Shown: piece after piece, positions 39,201 through 51,229 of the stretch
Numbering within the stretch: the stretch's first letter is position 1
Layout of the letters: every line of letters starts with the position of its first letter
Assembly: GCA_043228905.1 (NCBI GenBank)
Contig: JBHGNT010000006.1
Span: forward strand, 15,934,001 to 15,998,000
Length of the DNA stretch: 64,000 bases
From: Azolla caroliniana
Taxonomy: Eukaryota; Plantae; Polypodiophyta
Direction of reading: 5' to 3'
Program-made: the position numbers and the translations under genes
Notes under the pieces: generated by a model
The model's database searches: none
The model's input: the letters and a program-made list of their open reading frames with translations, nothing else
What the model was told of the DNA's origin: nothing

Positions 39201-41596
39201 ATTTACTAATTATTTTATTTGTTGTTTTGATGTTTTTTTTGTGTGAGCGATGGGGATCTAACAAGGCTCGTCCTGCTCTTCACAGGATCAAAACAACATT
39301 CTTAACCCGGTATTCATCTTTCTCGATCTCTCTTTTCTTTTCTATGATGCATTCTTCTTGGTCATATGGAAGTGGCATTACGTTTTCTTTTCTTTTCTTT
39401 CTTCTTTTTACCATCATACGATGTTAATCTACTTATGCATCGGGTCGAGCGTGTTTGCACTAATCGCACATGCTCAACTAAACCTATGCCATTTACTCTT
39501 TATTGAGCCATCAATTGGCTGATTCTAGGGAGATATGGTGGTCTTGAGGAGGTGCATGTTGACTACCTTAAGGTTTCATACCTTAAGGCATGCTTAATGA
39601 TTCATACACCTAATTGATTATTATTCTAATTCATTTCTAGTTACATAAATTTTCGTTTCACTTTTGTATGATTTTCTCGTAATTGTCATTTACCCACCCA
39701 CAATTAACTCTCTTTCTTGCCCTTATTTTAAGTTCATCTACACTATTTACGTATGTTTAATGGTGTAACGATTCTTGTAGACTATTTTTTAATATTGAGT
39801 GGGCATCATGCTGTTTTTTGAATGATTTTTTCCAACGGCTCATCTAGGTTTAACTCATATTATTGAGCCTTAGAACACAAGTGAAATCATATGAGTTCCC
39901 CTATTGAAGTTTTACTCATAAATTTGAGTACTACATCTGTGTGCACAATACCACCACCACTTGTATCAATTTGTGGCTTATGTCACAATTGTGCAAATTA
40001 CAACCACCATATTTGGATGTATATGTGCATACCTCGCACCATCCATTTATTTGTGACATTTTTTTTAAGTAGGTAACACATGGGTTTTTTGACCCTTGTT
40101 TTCGTCACTGCTTGATTCTTATGGGTAGTGCCTTATTTTATCGTTTTTGTCATAACATTTGCTTGTTACTCGCAAGACTAGAATATTACTTGCGAGTGCA
40201 CTTGTTTTTTCACGTAATACACTTTCTCGACCATATCAATACATGTTGGGTTGGCATTCTAATATAAGGCTAACTAGGAAACTACGTTGATGTTAGAACC
40301 ATGGTTGAGCCTCAGGGAGCCGCCATGATTATTCAAGATAGAGATCCAAGAAAGACAACTTAGCTATGTTTCCCCACATGGTTTTTAAAACACCATAGTG
40401 TTACCATAGTTATCGGATCTCGAATCACATCTCATATGTCTAGAGGGGTAAAGACGTGAGATGCTTTCTTGGTAAAGTTCTTACAATCAAAATTTGAAGC
40501 ATTCATTTTGCTTGTGTATTTTCTGAACCTCCTTATTTATATTGCATACGCACAGCTTGCATCATGGAACACGTTTTTTACGCTGTTGGAGCAAGCTCTC
40601 CAACCGAGACCTCTCAACTCCAATCCGCATATCGCACACAAGCTGAGATCACTATTGAGCAATTGCTCACTACTACCTTGAATCAATTGGCCGAAATGAG
40701 GCAGGCCAATATGGCATTGGAAAAGAAATTCCAAGAATTGACAATTGAGTCCAAGAAAGAAGGTGAGCCTTCTTTCGTAGTAATGTCATTCAAGGGAGAT
40801 AAGAAAGAAAGAACCGAGGAGGCCATTAGCACTTGGCTTGGTCGTTGGGAGTCTCACTTTGAGCTTCACCCCAAGCCTGATGCTGTAAAAATTGGTTACG
40901 TCAGTCGTGAGTTAGGTGGTTGAGCTACTGCTTGGTGGTGCGGCCTAAGGACTACAAAGAACTTACCCACAACTTGGGAAGGTTTCGTGGATGTTTTTAG
41001 AAACAGTTTTTGCAGCCACCTTCTCAAACTGAACAAGCGCAACACTTGCTGACGTTGTTGAGTAAGCCATTTACCTCTCTTGAGGATTATGTGCATCATG
41101 CTCGGACCCAGATCCAAAAATCAGGACTTACGGGTGAGAAATGGTTTGTTGCTTGCTTTTTGAATGGTATTCCTAATGGGGATTACCATTGGATTGTCCA
41201 TGACAAGGACCCCACAACTTTTGAGGAAGCCGTCAACATTGTACTTCGGTACCATAGACTTCCAAGAAAGACCACAATAAACCCGAGTTCGCCAAAACTC
41301 CGAATGTCAAGTTCATTGGGAAACGTAATTGTAAGGATTTGACGCTATCAAATCTTTCGCCTCTCGGCCACAACCGAGACAACACGGATCAATGCAGCAG
41401 AAAATAGGAAATACAGAGAAAGACACGATACACAGGGATTAACGTGGAAAACCCTATACGGGAAAAACCACGGGAGTGCAAGACTCCAACTATCACTATG
41501 AACAGGGATGTACACTGGTGAAGCTACAAGGCAACAACCTTGAGCTCACTGTCTTCGCCACAGGCGGCGGTAATACACAGAGGCAACGACCTCTTC

Positions 41597-41639
<43 letters not shown>

Positions 41640-41988
41640 CTGCTCTCACTTCCCATGAAAAATGAGCAACAACGGCTAAACTGTTTGCCCTAAGTCATAT
41701 TTATACATATATGACTTTCGGGCTATTTACAAATGTAGCCTCAAGGGCTCTTGGCAAACATATTCACAAATATGTCCTCGCATCCGGATCTCTCTCCGGG
41801 TACATTCGTCATCCGGCTCCGTAGCCGGGGTCTTTTCATCCGGCTTCATACCGGGTACTCTTCACATCCGGTGAGCACTCTCACCGGGCCTGTATCTTCA
41901 TCCGGTTCCGTAACCGTAACCGGGCTTGCCGTCGTTCATCTCCGGACATCCCATCCGGAGGGACCGTAAATCCCAACAAACTCCCCCT

Positions 41989-44900
41989 TCACTTCGGCAT
42001 GGGATGTCTCTCCAATCCGATCCTCTTCCGGCATGCTTCCAGCTTGTCGGGTGTAAGTACCTTGGTCAGCATATCCGACCCGTTCTCGTCCGTGTGGATC
42101 TTAGTCAGCACGAACTCCTTGTCTTCTATCCTTTCCCGGATCCAGTGGTATCTACGCTGGATGTGCTTCGTCCGGGAATGGTAGGCCGCGTTCTTCGCAA
42201 GGTGGATGGCACTCTGACTATCGCAGTAGAGTCGGTACTCCTCCTGCCGGATACCGAGCTCTCTAATGAAGTCCTTCATCCATATTATTTCCTTGCCGGC
42301 TTCAACAGCCGCCATGTACTCCGCCTCCGTGGTTGACAACGCAACCGTCTTCTGCAGCCTCGACTGCCACGAAACAGCTCCCCCTGCATACGTCATCACA
42401 TACCCTGATGTGGACCGGCTGGTATCTGCATCAGCTGACATATCCGAATCGGTAAAGCCGTCGAGTTCAGGCTTACCGGAGCCGAATCGGAGGCACACGT
42501 TTGCCGTGCCCTTCAGGTATCGGAGTATCCACTTGACCGCGTTCCAGTGCTCTTTGCCGGGATTGCTCATGTAACGACTCACCACTCCAACTGCATATCC
42601 TAGGTCCGGTCTTGTACACACCATTGCGTACATCAGGCTTCCGACGACAGAGGCATATGGTACTTTCATCATGTCCTCCTTCTCAGCCTTTGTCTTGGGG
42701 CTTTGCTTGCTGGACAACTTGCAGTTTGCCGGGAGGGTCGATCCGACCGGTCTTGCTTCCGACATGTTGAACCGGTGAAGCACCTTCGTCACGTACTTCT
42801 CCTGTGACAGCCACAACTGCTTCTTCTTCCGGTCCCGGATGATGTGCATCCCTAGTATTTGCCTCGCCGGACCCAGGTCCTTCATTGAGAAAGTTCGGTG
42901 AAGCGCTTTCTTCAGCATCCGTATCTTGACCTGGTCCCGTCCGACGATCAACATGTCGTCCACGTACAGGAGGAGTATTAGAAAGTCTCCTCCTTCGAAC
43001 TTCTTCACAAACACGCAGTGATCGGACTGCGTTTTGTGGTACCCTTCGTCGGTCATGAAGGAGTCAAACTTTCGGTACCATTGCCGGGGAGCCTGCTTCA
43101 GACCGTAAAGGCTCTTCTTCAACCGGCATACCAGGTGCTCCTTCCCTTTCTTCTCGAATCCTTCCGGTTGCTGCATGTAGATCTCTTCTTCGAGGTCACC
43201 GTGAAGGAATGCCGTCTTCACGTCCATCTGTTCTACCTCGAGGTCCATACTTGCCGCTATGCTCAGTACCGTCCGGATGGAGGTCATCTTCACTACCGGG
43301 GCAAATATCTCGTCGAAGTCGACGCCCTTCTTCTGCTGGAACCCCTTCACCACGATCCTGGCTTTGTATCTCGGGGGGTTTCCGGCATCTCCCGGTTTCA
43401 GCTTGAACACCCACTTGTTTCGAAGTGCCCGCTTTCCTTTCGGCAACTCCACAAGTTCATATGTGTGGTTCTCATGCAGGGAATCCATCTCCTCCTGCAT
43501 GGCACTTAACCACCTGCGGCTCTGGGTGTCGTGCTTTGCTTCTTCAAAGCTCTCCGGCTCCCCCTCGTCGGTTAGCAGCACGTGCTCTGGTTCCGGAAAT
43601 CTCCGGGGGGCCCTCCTCTCTCTTAGAGGATATCTCCGTTCCGGAGCTTCGGTAACCGGTTCTTCCGATTCTTCTTCATCCGAATCCATTTCGGGATCGG
43701 GGCCGATTCCGGTATCATTTTCATCTTCTTCGGCCGGTTCTGTTTCTTCACCGTCTTCGGCCGGATCTTCGAGTGTTAACCGGTCCCTTGCCGGTCGGGA
43801 CTGCTCCTCCTAGAGTTGATTCTCACCGGTCGACTTGGAGCTCTTCATCTTCTTCTCCGACTCCCAGTCGGCGAGTGTCTTGTCCTCCATGAAGATGATA
43901 TCTCGACTCCTGAATATCTTCCTGTCGACCGGGTCCCATACTCGGTAGCCGAACTCGTCGTCGCCGTAACCGAGGAATATGCATGGCCGGGTCTTTGGAT
44001 CTAGCTTTCCTCTCCGGTCCTTTGCCACATGCACGTATGCGAGACACCCGAACACCTTCAGATGCCGGTAGGACACTTCCCTACCGGTCCACACTCTCTG
44101 CGGCGTGTCTCCGTCCAAAGGTACTGAGGGTGATCTGTTAATCACGTATGTCGCCGTCGACATTGCCTCAGCCCAAAACCCCTTGGGTAATTTCGCATGC
44201 GCCAGCATACTCCGGACCCTCTCCATTATGGTCCGGTTCATCCTCTCGGCCAGCCCGTTCAGTTCCGGCGTCTTCGGCACTGTAAACTCGAGCCGGATTC
44301 CCTTCGAGCGACAGTACTCCTGGAACTGCCCCCGGTATTCCCCTCCGTTATCTGCTCGTATCGCTTTCAGCTTCTTGCCGGATTCCCTTTCCACTCTCGC
44401 GTGGAGTTCTTTAAAGACGGACAATGCTTGGTCCTTTGTCTTCAACGGTGCCGTCCACAGCTTCCGGCTGTGATCATCTATGAATGTCACGAAGTACTGG
44501 GCTCCGCCATGTGACTTCGCTTCTACTTGACACACGTCAGTGTGCACCAGCTCCAATGGTGCGCTATGTCTCGTCGGTGGCCTTGAGTGGAAGGAGGTCC
44601 GGTTCTGCTTACCGGCCAGGCAGTCGGTGCACTTCTCCAGGTGCACATGCTTCACTGGAATAAGGTTGTCTTCTGCAAGCCTCTTCATCCCCTTCTCACT
44701 CATGTGGCACAGTCTTTTGTGCCACAGCTCACCGGCAGTGTCGGCTGCCACATTCAGCTCTTCCGGACATAGCCGGGAATTCATCAGGTACAGTGTGTTG
44801 ATCTTCCGGGCCCGAGCTACTATCAGGCTCCCTTTGCTGAACTTCATGACACCGTTCCTGATGCTACCCGTGTAGCCTTCATCGTCTAGCCTCCCGGCCG

Positions 44901-46062
44901 AAATCAGGTTCAATCGAACCTCCGGAACGTGTCGTACATCTTTCAACAGCATCTTGCATCCAGTTGATGTCATCAGCCACACGTCTCCTATGCCGGCAAT
45001 CCGGCACGTACCTTCATTTCCCATCCGAACACAGCCATGCTCACCGGCTGTGTAGGATGAGAAGTATTTTCTCTCCGGGGTCAGGTGGAACGACGCTCCG
45101 GAATCGACCACCCAGGTCATCTCTTCTCCGGCAAGGTTCAGCTCCCTCTCTTCGGTAATGAGCATTATCTCTTCTTCACTTGCCGCGAGTGCCGTCGTTC
45201 CTTTCCGGTCCTGCCCTCGCCGATCCGGACCTCTCCGGTCCGTGGCTCCCCGGTATGCACCGTTTCTCTCCGGTGACTTCTTCGAATCGGTGTCGTCGGC
45301 TCCGTTGTCTTTTCGGTAATGCCGACAATTCTTCCGGAAGTGCCCCGGCTTCCCACAGTGGAAGCACGTGGGCCTTCCTCTTGACTGCGACCGGGTCCCC
45401 GACTTCTCCCGTCTTTGCGGACTCCGGTTCCACTGTCTTCCCCGTTCCGATTCGGTAAGCAGCGCCTTCGGGTCGGAGGCCGGTTCCTTGTCTCTCCGAC
45501 GCGCTTCTTCGTTCAAAATACTTGTCTTTACCGTTTGTAAGGACAAGTTGTCTTCGGTGCAGGAGGTGCTCAGAGTTACCACCAAGTTTTCCCAGCTTTC
45601 CGGCAATGTACACATCAGTATGATGGCTTGCATTGCATCCTCCAGCGGGAACTTGATCGCCGCAAGCTGGTTCACGAATCCCATGAACGTGCTTACGTGT
45701 TCCACCATACTCTCGCCGTCCCGGTACTTGAGATTCACAATCTTCCTCATCAGGGAGGTCCGGTTCAACGCATTCTTCCTCTCGTAGAGGCCCGACAGCT
45801 TCTTCCACATCTCATATGCGTTGGTGTCATTCGCCACATGTTGTAGGACGCTTACATCGACATATTGTCGGATTGTCGCTACGGCTTTCCGGTTCAGGAG
45901 CTTCCACTCCGACTCAAGTACTCCCTTCGGTATTTCCGACCTGTCAATCGGTTCGTACAGGTCCCGAACAATCAGAAGATCCTCCATCTTGATCTTCCAG
46001 TCGGCGTAATTCTGTGCATTCAGCACCATCATTCCCGGCTGCCCGCTGCCGCCGCCTTCCAT
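41989..46062 (-). CDS. Gag-Pol polyprotein (Gag, CCHC, PR, IN, RT, RH) with one in-frame TAG at 43812-43810
   Basis: ORFs 43810-46101 and 41989-43689 are in the same frame and separated only by that stop. ATG at 46062. Motifs CFHCGKPGHFRKNC, VVDSGAS, HTDVC/RADNGGE/AERMNRT, YVDDM and TDSD..TEAEY..CDSQSA..NGSDMLTK. Confidence 0.95.
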
Positions 46063-46089
46063 TTTCTGCAGCAGTTCGCTCTGATACCA

Positions 46090-46386
46090 GGGTGAAAGCA
46101 TGCGAATGGAAACACTATTATAGCTATTTAGCTGGTAAATTGACCACAGCTAAATAGTTTTTTTTATAGCTAATTTTTAGTTGGAAGATCTTAAAGATAC
46201 GTATCATTTATGATGGGGATGGAAATATTACCATTTATGGTTCACCGTTTAGCTAGTCTTTATTTGAGATCAAATTCTAATCATCCCTAAAAATGCCAAA
46301 ATATACAGATTACATGTAGCTTTTTAGATAGCTAATTAGCTATGTCAAGGACATAGCTAATTGTTCCCATTCCCATGCTTTCACCC
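46090..46386. mobile_element. 297-bp MITE (Sola2-like termini) inserted in the PBS of Copia B2
   Basis: 25-bp TIRs GGGTGAAAGCATGsGAATGGrAACA (46090-46114 and 46362-46386; 2 mismatches). 4-bp TSD ACCA (46086-46089 and 46387-46390). AT-rich interior with TAGCTAATTAGCTA at 46329-46342. Confidence 0.93.
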
Positions 46387-46660
46387 ACCAGTTTGTAAGG
46401 ATTTGACGCTATCAAATCTTTCGCCTCTCGGCCACAACCGAGACAACACGGATCAATGCAGCAGAAAATAGGAAATACAGAGAAAGACACGATACACAGG
46501 GATTAACGTGGAAAACCCTATACGGGAAAAACCACGGGAGTGCAAGACTCCAACTATCACTATGAACAGGGATGTACACTGGTGAAGCTACAAGGCAACA
46601 ACCTTGAGCTCACTGTCTTCGCCACAGGCGGCGGTAATACACAGAGGCAACGACCTCTTC

Positions 46661-46703
<43 letters not shown>

Positions 46704-49700
46704 CTGCTCTCACTTCCCATGAAAAATGAGCAACAACGGCTAAACTGTTTGCCCTAAGTCATATTTATACATATATGACTTTCGGGCTATTTACAAATGT
46801 AGCCTCAAGGGCTCTTGGCAAACATATTCACAAATATGTCCCCGCATCCGGATCTCTCTCCGGGTACATTCGTCATCCGGCTCCGTAGCCGGGGTCTTTT
46901 CATCCGGCTTCATACCGGGTACTCTTCACATCCGGTGAGCACTCTCACCGGGCCTGTATCTTCATCCGGTTCCGTAACCGTAACCGGGCTTGCCGTCGTT
47001 CATCTCCGGACATCCCATCCGGAGGGACCGTAAATCCCAACAGTAATCAATCCAATAACACTCTTGACCGCGACTCCAAGAAACCTAACCTCTTCTGTGC
47101 ATATTGCAAGAAACGGGGCCACACAAAGGATACCAGTTGTCGTCTTGAGAGGAAGTCAATGAACACCCCTCCTCAAGACAAATCTACAAGTCACACAAGT
47201 GAGTCTTTTGATGTTGTTAAAGTCCATACCAACCACTTAAGTTCATGTGAATGCACTTTTCCTTCACATTTACTTGGACCTAATGATTTACTCCGAGTAG
47301 TCGGGTATATCAATGGAACACAAGCACATTTCTTGTTTGATTCTAGTAGTTCTCACAATTTTCTTAATGATCACTTTGTGCAACAAATGGAACTCCACAT
47401 AAATGCAAGTGATCATATCTATCAAGTTCACATGGCAAATGGAAGTGTTCAATACATCAGTGGCATTGTTTGTCAACTGCCAATTCAAATAGATACCTAT
47501 TTGGAGAAGCTTAACTTTTATGTTATGAAACTACAATCCACAGATGTCATTTTAGGATACCCTTGGTTTTTTAATAAAAACCCTTCTTTGTCCATTGATT
47601 GGGTTAATCACTCAATCACATTTGAACTTATGAATTGTAAACATTTTATTCAATGTTCCAAACTTCCTTCTCGTTCACTTGTGACTTCTAAATCTTTAAG
47701 TGAGTATTCAAGATCATTAATTTATTCGTGTGTAATTGATCCTGCACTTCAATTTTTTTATTTTAATATTGACGCCACACAATTACCACATTATGAACAA
47801 GGATTACTCAACTCTTCTAATTCGCCTCCTCTTCTAATTCGTCTTGTAGGAAGGTGTTCTTTACGTCCATTTGGTGGAGATGCCACCCTTTCGCAGCCGC
47901 GAGTGCAATTACGGTCCGCACAATCGTCATCTTTGCCACCGGGGCAAAGGTCTCCTCGTAATCGACTCTGTGCGTTTGTGCGTATCCTTTGGCGACGAGT
48001 CATGCTTTGAAGCAATTTTCGGTGCCATCGGCATTGTATTTGACCTTATAGATCCATTTGCAACCAATCGCTTTCCCGTGAGGTGAATGGGGAACAAGAT
48101 CCATGTCTCATTTTTGCAGAAGGCTTGCATTTCTTCGTTCATCGCATCGACCCATCGTGGGTCCTTCACGGCTTTGGAAAGTGTTTCCAGCTCCCGTGGA
48201 GTTGCGACCTTCATCATAAAGGCGTAATGGTACGCCATGTACTGATTGTAGCCGAATCGGCTTACGGGGGGGTCTTTTCACGGGTGGACCGGCGTAGCTT
48301 CTCGTTCACAGAGACAAATTCTTTCTTCGCTCCATTCGTCTGGAAGATCAGGATGTCCAAGACTTCGAACTCACTGTCAATGGAGTGAGTTGACACATTG
48401 TCGATTGGATCTTCGTATTTGGACATCTTGGCCTTCCCTTTGTCGAGTTTCGGACTCGGCCGAAATGTGCTTTGGTCACTCGGGGGCTCCCGTGGTCCAC
48501 TAAGCCGTGTCGTAATTGGGCTTTCTTCGAACATGCACGTGAGCCGATCTTCGTCTTCTATCTCCATTTCGGCGGATTCCGGGTCGAGCGGAGTCAGACT
48601 CGTTGAAAATGACATCTCGACTTACTCAAGCTTTTTAGGTAGATGGGTTGTAGCATTTGTGCCCCTTCTGTTCGAGTGAGTACCCTACGAGGATACATTT
48701 CTTTGACTTCAGGTCGAGCTTTTGTTGCGTTTCTCCGAGAATATGCACGTAGGCGATTGAGTTAAAGATCTGGACATGTGATAAATCCGACTTCTTTCCA
48801 AAAAACCTCTCATGAGGGGTTACGTTGTGTACACTAGAGGTTGTACACATGTTCATAAGATATACGACCACGTTCACTGCTTCTGCCCAATATGATTTCA
48901 ACAAGTTTTTCTCATTCATCATTGCCCCTGCAACCTCTACGATGTGTCGATTCTTCCGTTTGGCTACACCATTTTGCTGAGGTGTATGGCGACACGAAAA
49001 TTCTTGTCGTATTCCTTCCTTTCGGAGATATGTCGTAAACTCGTCCGAGAAATATTCTTTGCCTCCATCCGATCGAAGGCATCGTACGTGCCGACCCGTG
49101 GTTTTTTCAACTTCCGTTTTGAACCTTTGGAAGTGGTCGAACACGTCGCTCTTCTGTTTCATCAGGTAGAGCCTCATATGTCTGGAGAAGTCGTCGATGA
49201 ATGTGACATAATATCAGCAACCACCGAATGTTGTTGTCGGGGCTGGTCCCCACACATCTAAATGTACTACATCTAGGATCCCTTTGCTAACATTGCTCTC
49301 TTTCGGGAATGGATGTTGGCATTGTTTTCCGAATTGGCATGCCTCGCATATACCTGTATTCTCCTTCTTAGTAAATGTCGGGAGTTCGATTACGACTCCT
49401 TTTGACTGCATATTTCTGGAGTTTTTGAAGATTGATGTGGTCGATTCTCTTGCGCCACAGTTTGAAGTTGGTTTTGACTTTAACACCTTTCACAAACATA
49501 GCCGATTTCACCTCTTTGGATTCGAGGATGAACATTCGGCCTTCTCGGCGACCATGCGCTATGATTTGATCGTCCTTTTCGATGAAGCACCCTTCATTAT
49601 TGAATTGTACTCCCATACCTTGTTTGACGATCTGACTGACCGAGACAAGGTTTTTCATGATGGTTGGGACATGCAAGACGTTCTTGAGGTAGGTTTGTTT

Positions 49701-50722
49701 GCCATCATTTCCAAATGGAACATCTCTAGTTTCGACATACCCAGGTCAATCAGGCTTTCGTAATTCTCGGAACGAATCTTCATGGGACGTCATGTGATTG
49801 GATGCTCCCGAGTTGACAAACCATATGCTATCTGATGAAGACGTGCTAGTCGAGGCCTGTGCCATGATCATCGAATGTGCTTCATGCCTCATTACGAACA
49901 TCCCGCCACGATCGTCGTAGTCGGAATTCAAAGTGTAGTTTGTGAGTTGTCGGTTAGTCAAAGCTGAGTTTCATACCTTTTTTCGACACTCCTCTTAATA
50001 GTGGCTGTGTTTTCCACAATACCTGCATTCGATCGGGTTGTTACGATTGGTCGGTCCGGTGGGGTGGCTCCCCCTTCTGCTGAACTCTCTGGGACTGTTT
50101 CTGTCCTCTTGCCATTGATGGAAGTTACGCTCTTGTGTCGGTTGATTGTGTCAGCCTCATCCGAGCCGACCTCTGTTTCCATAGATGAATTCTCTTCTAT
50201 CATCCGACCGTGAGTAGAGCATCTGACCATCAGGCGCATTGTCCCTTTGCCGAACATGATTTTCTTCGATCAACAGAATCGATTCAAGGTCGAAAAAGGA
50301 AGGAGGGTTCTTCCTCGCAAGAATGACTCATTTGATCGTGCCGAATCGAGGTGCCAAGTTGCCGAGGCATATTTGCATCATTTTGTCATCGTCGATTCTG
50401 ACATTAATCGAACCGAGGGCATCACACAGCTCCTTGATCTTCAAGGTATAGCTGGTGATCAACATGTCCCTCTGCTCCATGTCGTTTGGCTCCTGTCAAA
50501 GTTGGAGCTTTTGTGCAGCCATATTTGCCGCAAAAATCTTCTTCAGATTTCCCAAGCTTCTTTTGGTGTTTTTGAATCTTGAATATAGCCTAGCATGTGG
50601 TCATGAACGCATGACGCAAGGCAATACAACACACAGCTCACGACCTGCTCCCATGCTCGGTAGTTGGCGTGTGTCGGGTTGGATTGCGTTTCGTGAGCTC
50701 CCTCGATGTAGCTCTAGTAACC

Positions 50723-51229
50723 TGACGAGAATAGTGCGGAATATTGCTCGACCACAACCGAGTCTTGAATCACAGAAATGGGAATGAAACACAGAAATGG
50801 GAAGTAGAGAGTACATAGAATATTTATGTGGAAAACCCTAATAGGGTAAAAAACCACGGGAGCCCACAGATTCCAAACTATCACTATATGAGAAAGGTAC
50901 AATCAGAGACTTGGAGGGAATGACCTCGAGCTTTATTTCTTCGCCGAGCGGCGGTTACAACAGAGTATCGCTCTGTACCTCTCTCTCTCTTTCTATACAA
51001 CAGTTATACACACAAAAGTGATTGCCCTAAGTCATATATATACTTATATGAATTTAGGGCTATTTAGAAATATAGCCTCAATAGGCTTACTCAAAACATA
51101 TTTACAAGTATGTCTTCTCTTCCGGTTCTCATTGAGTCCATCCGATCCGGTGTCCGGACCTCTTCCGGTTCTCACCAAGTCCATCCAATCCATAACTGGA
51201 TCCCATCCGGAGGGACCGATATCCCAACA
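50723..51229 (-). mobile_element. Solo LTR related to the Copia B family, inserted in Copia D gag
   Basis: TG...CA termini and perfect TSD TAACC. Shares ctcg.ccacaaccgag, gtggaaaaccc, gccctaagtcatat and ccggagggacc...cccaaca with the B1/B2 LTRs. Confidence 0.92.

Larger units (their letters stand above)
41330..47042 (-). mobile_element. Very young full-length Copia element B2 (Tnt1/Tork-like)
   Basis: 649-bp LTRs at 41330-41978 and 46394-47042; one substitution seen. Perfect 5-bp TSD GTAAT. PPT 41979-41990. iMet PBS interrupted by a MITE. Confidence 0.97.
38792..47795 (+). mobile_element. Gypsy family E copy 2 (LTR with U5/PBS deleted, gag, protease), 3'-truncated
   Basis: LTR starts TGTTATG at 38792. 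Gag 40564-41329 (ATAWW...PTTWEGF), knuckle CAYCKKRGH at ~47095, protease LFDSSSSHNF and DVILGYPWF. Joins Copia D RT at ~47795. Confidence 0.8.

Noticed and set aside
41926-46095. Many overlapping plus-strand and alternate-frame ORFs across Copia B2 (also B1, D and H)
   Set aside because: These are shadow ORFs expected from GC-rich gag-pol codon usage; no independent motifs.
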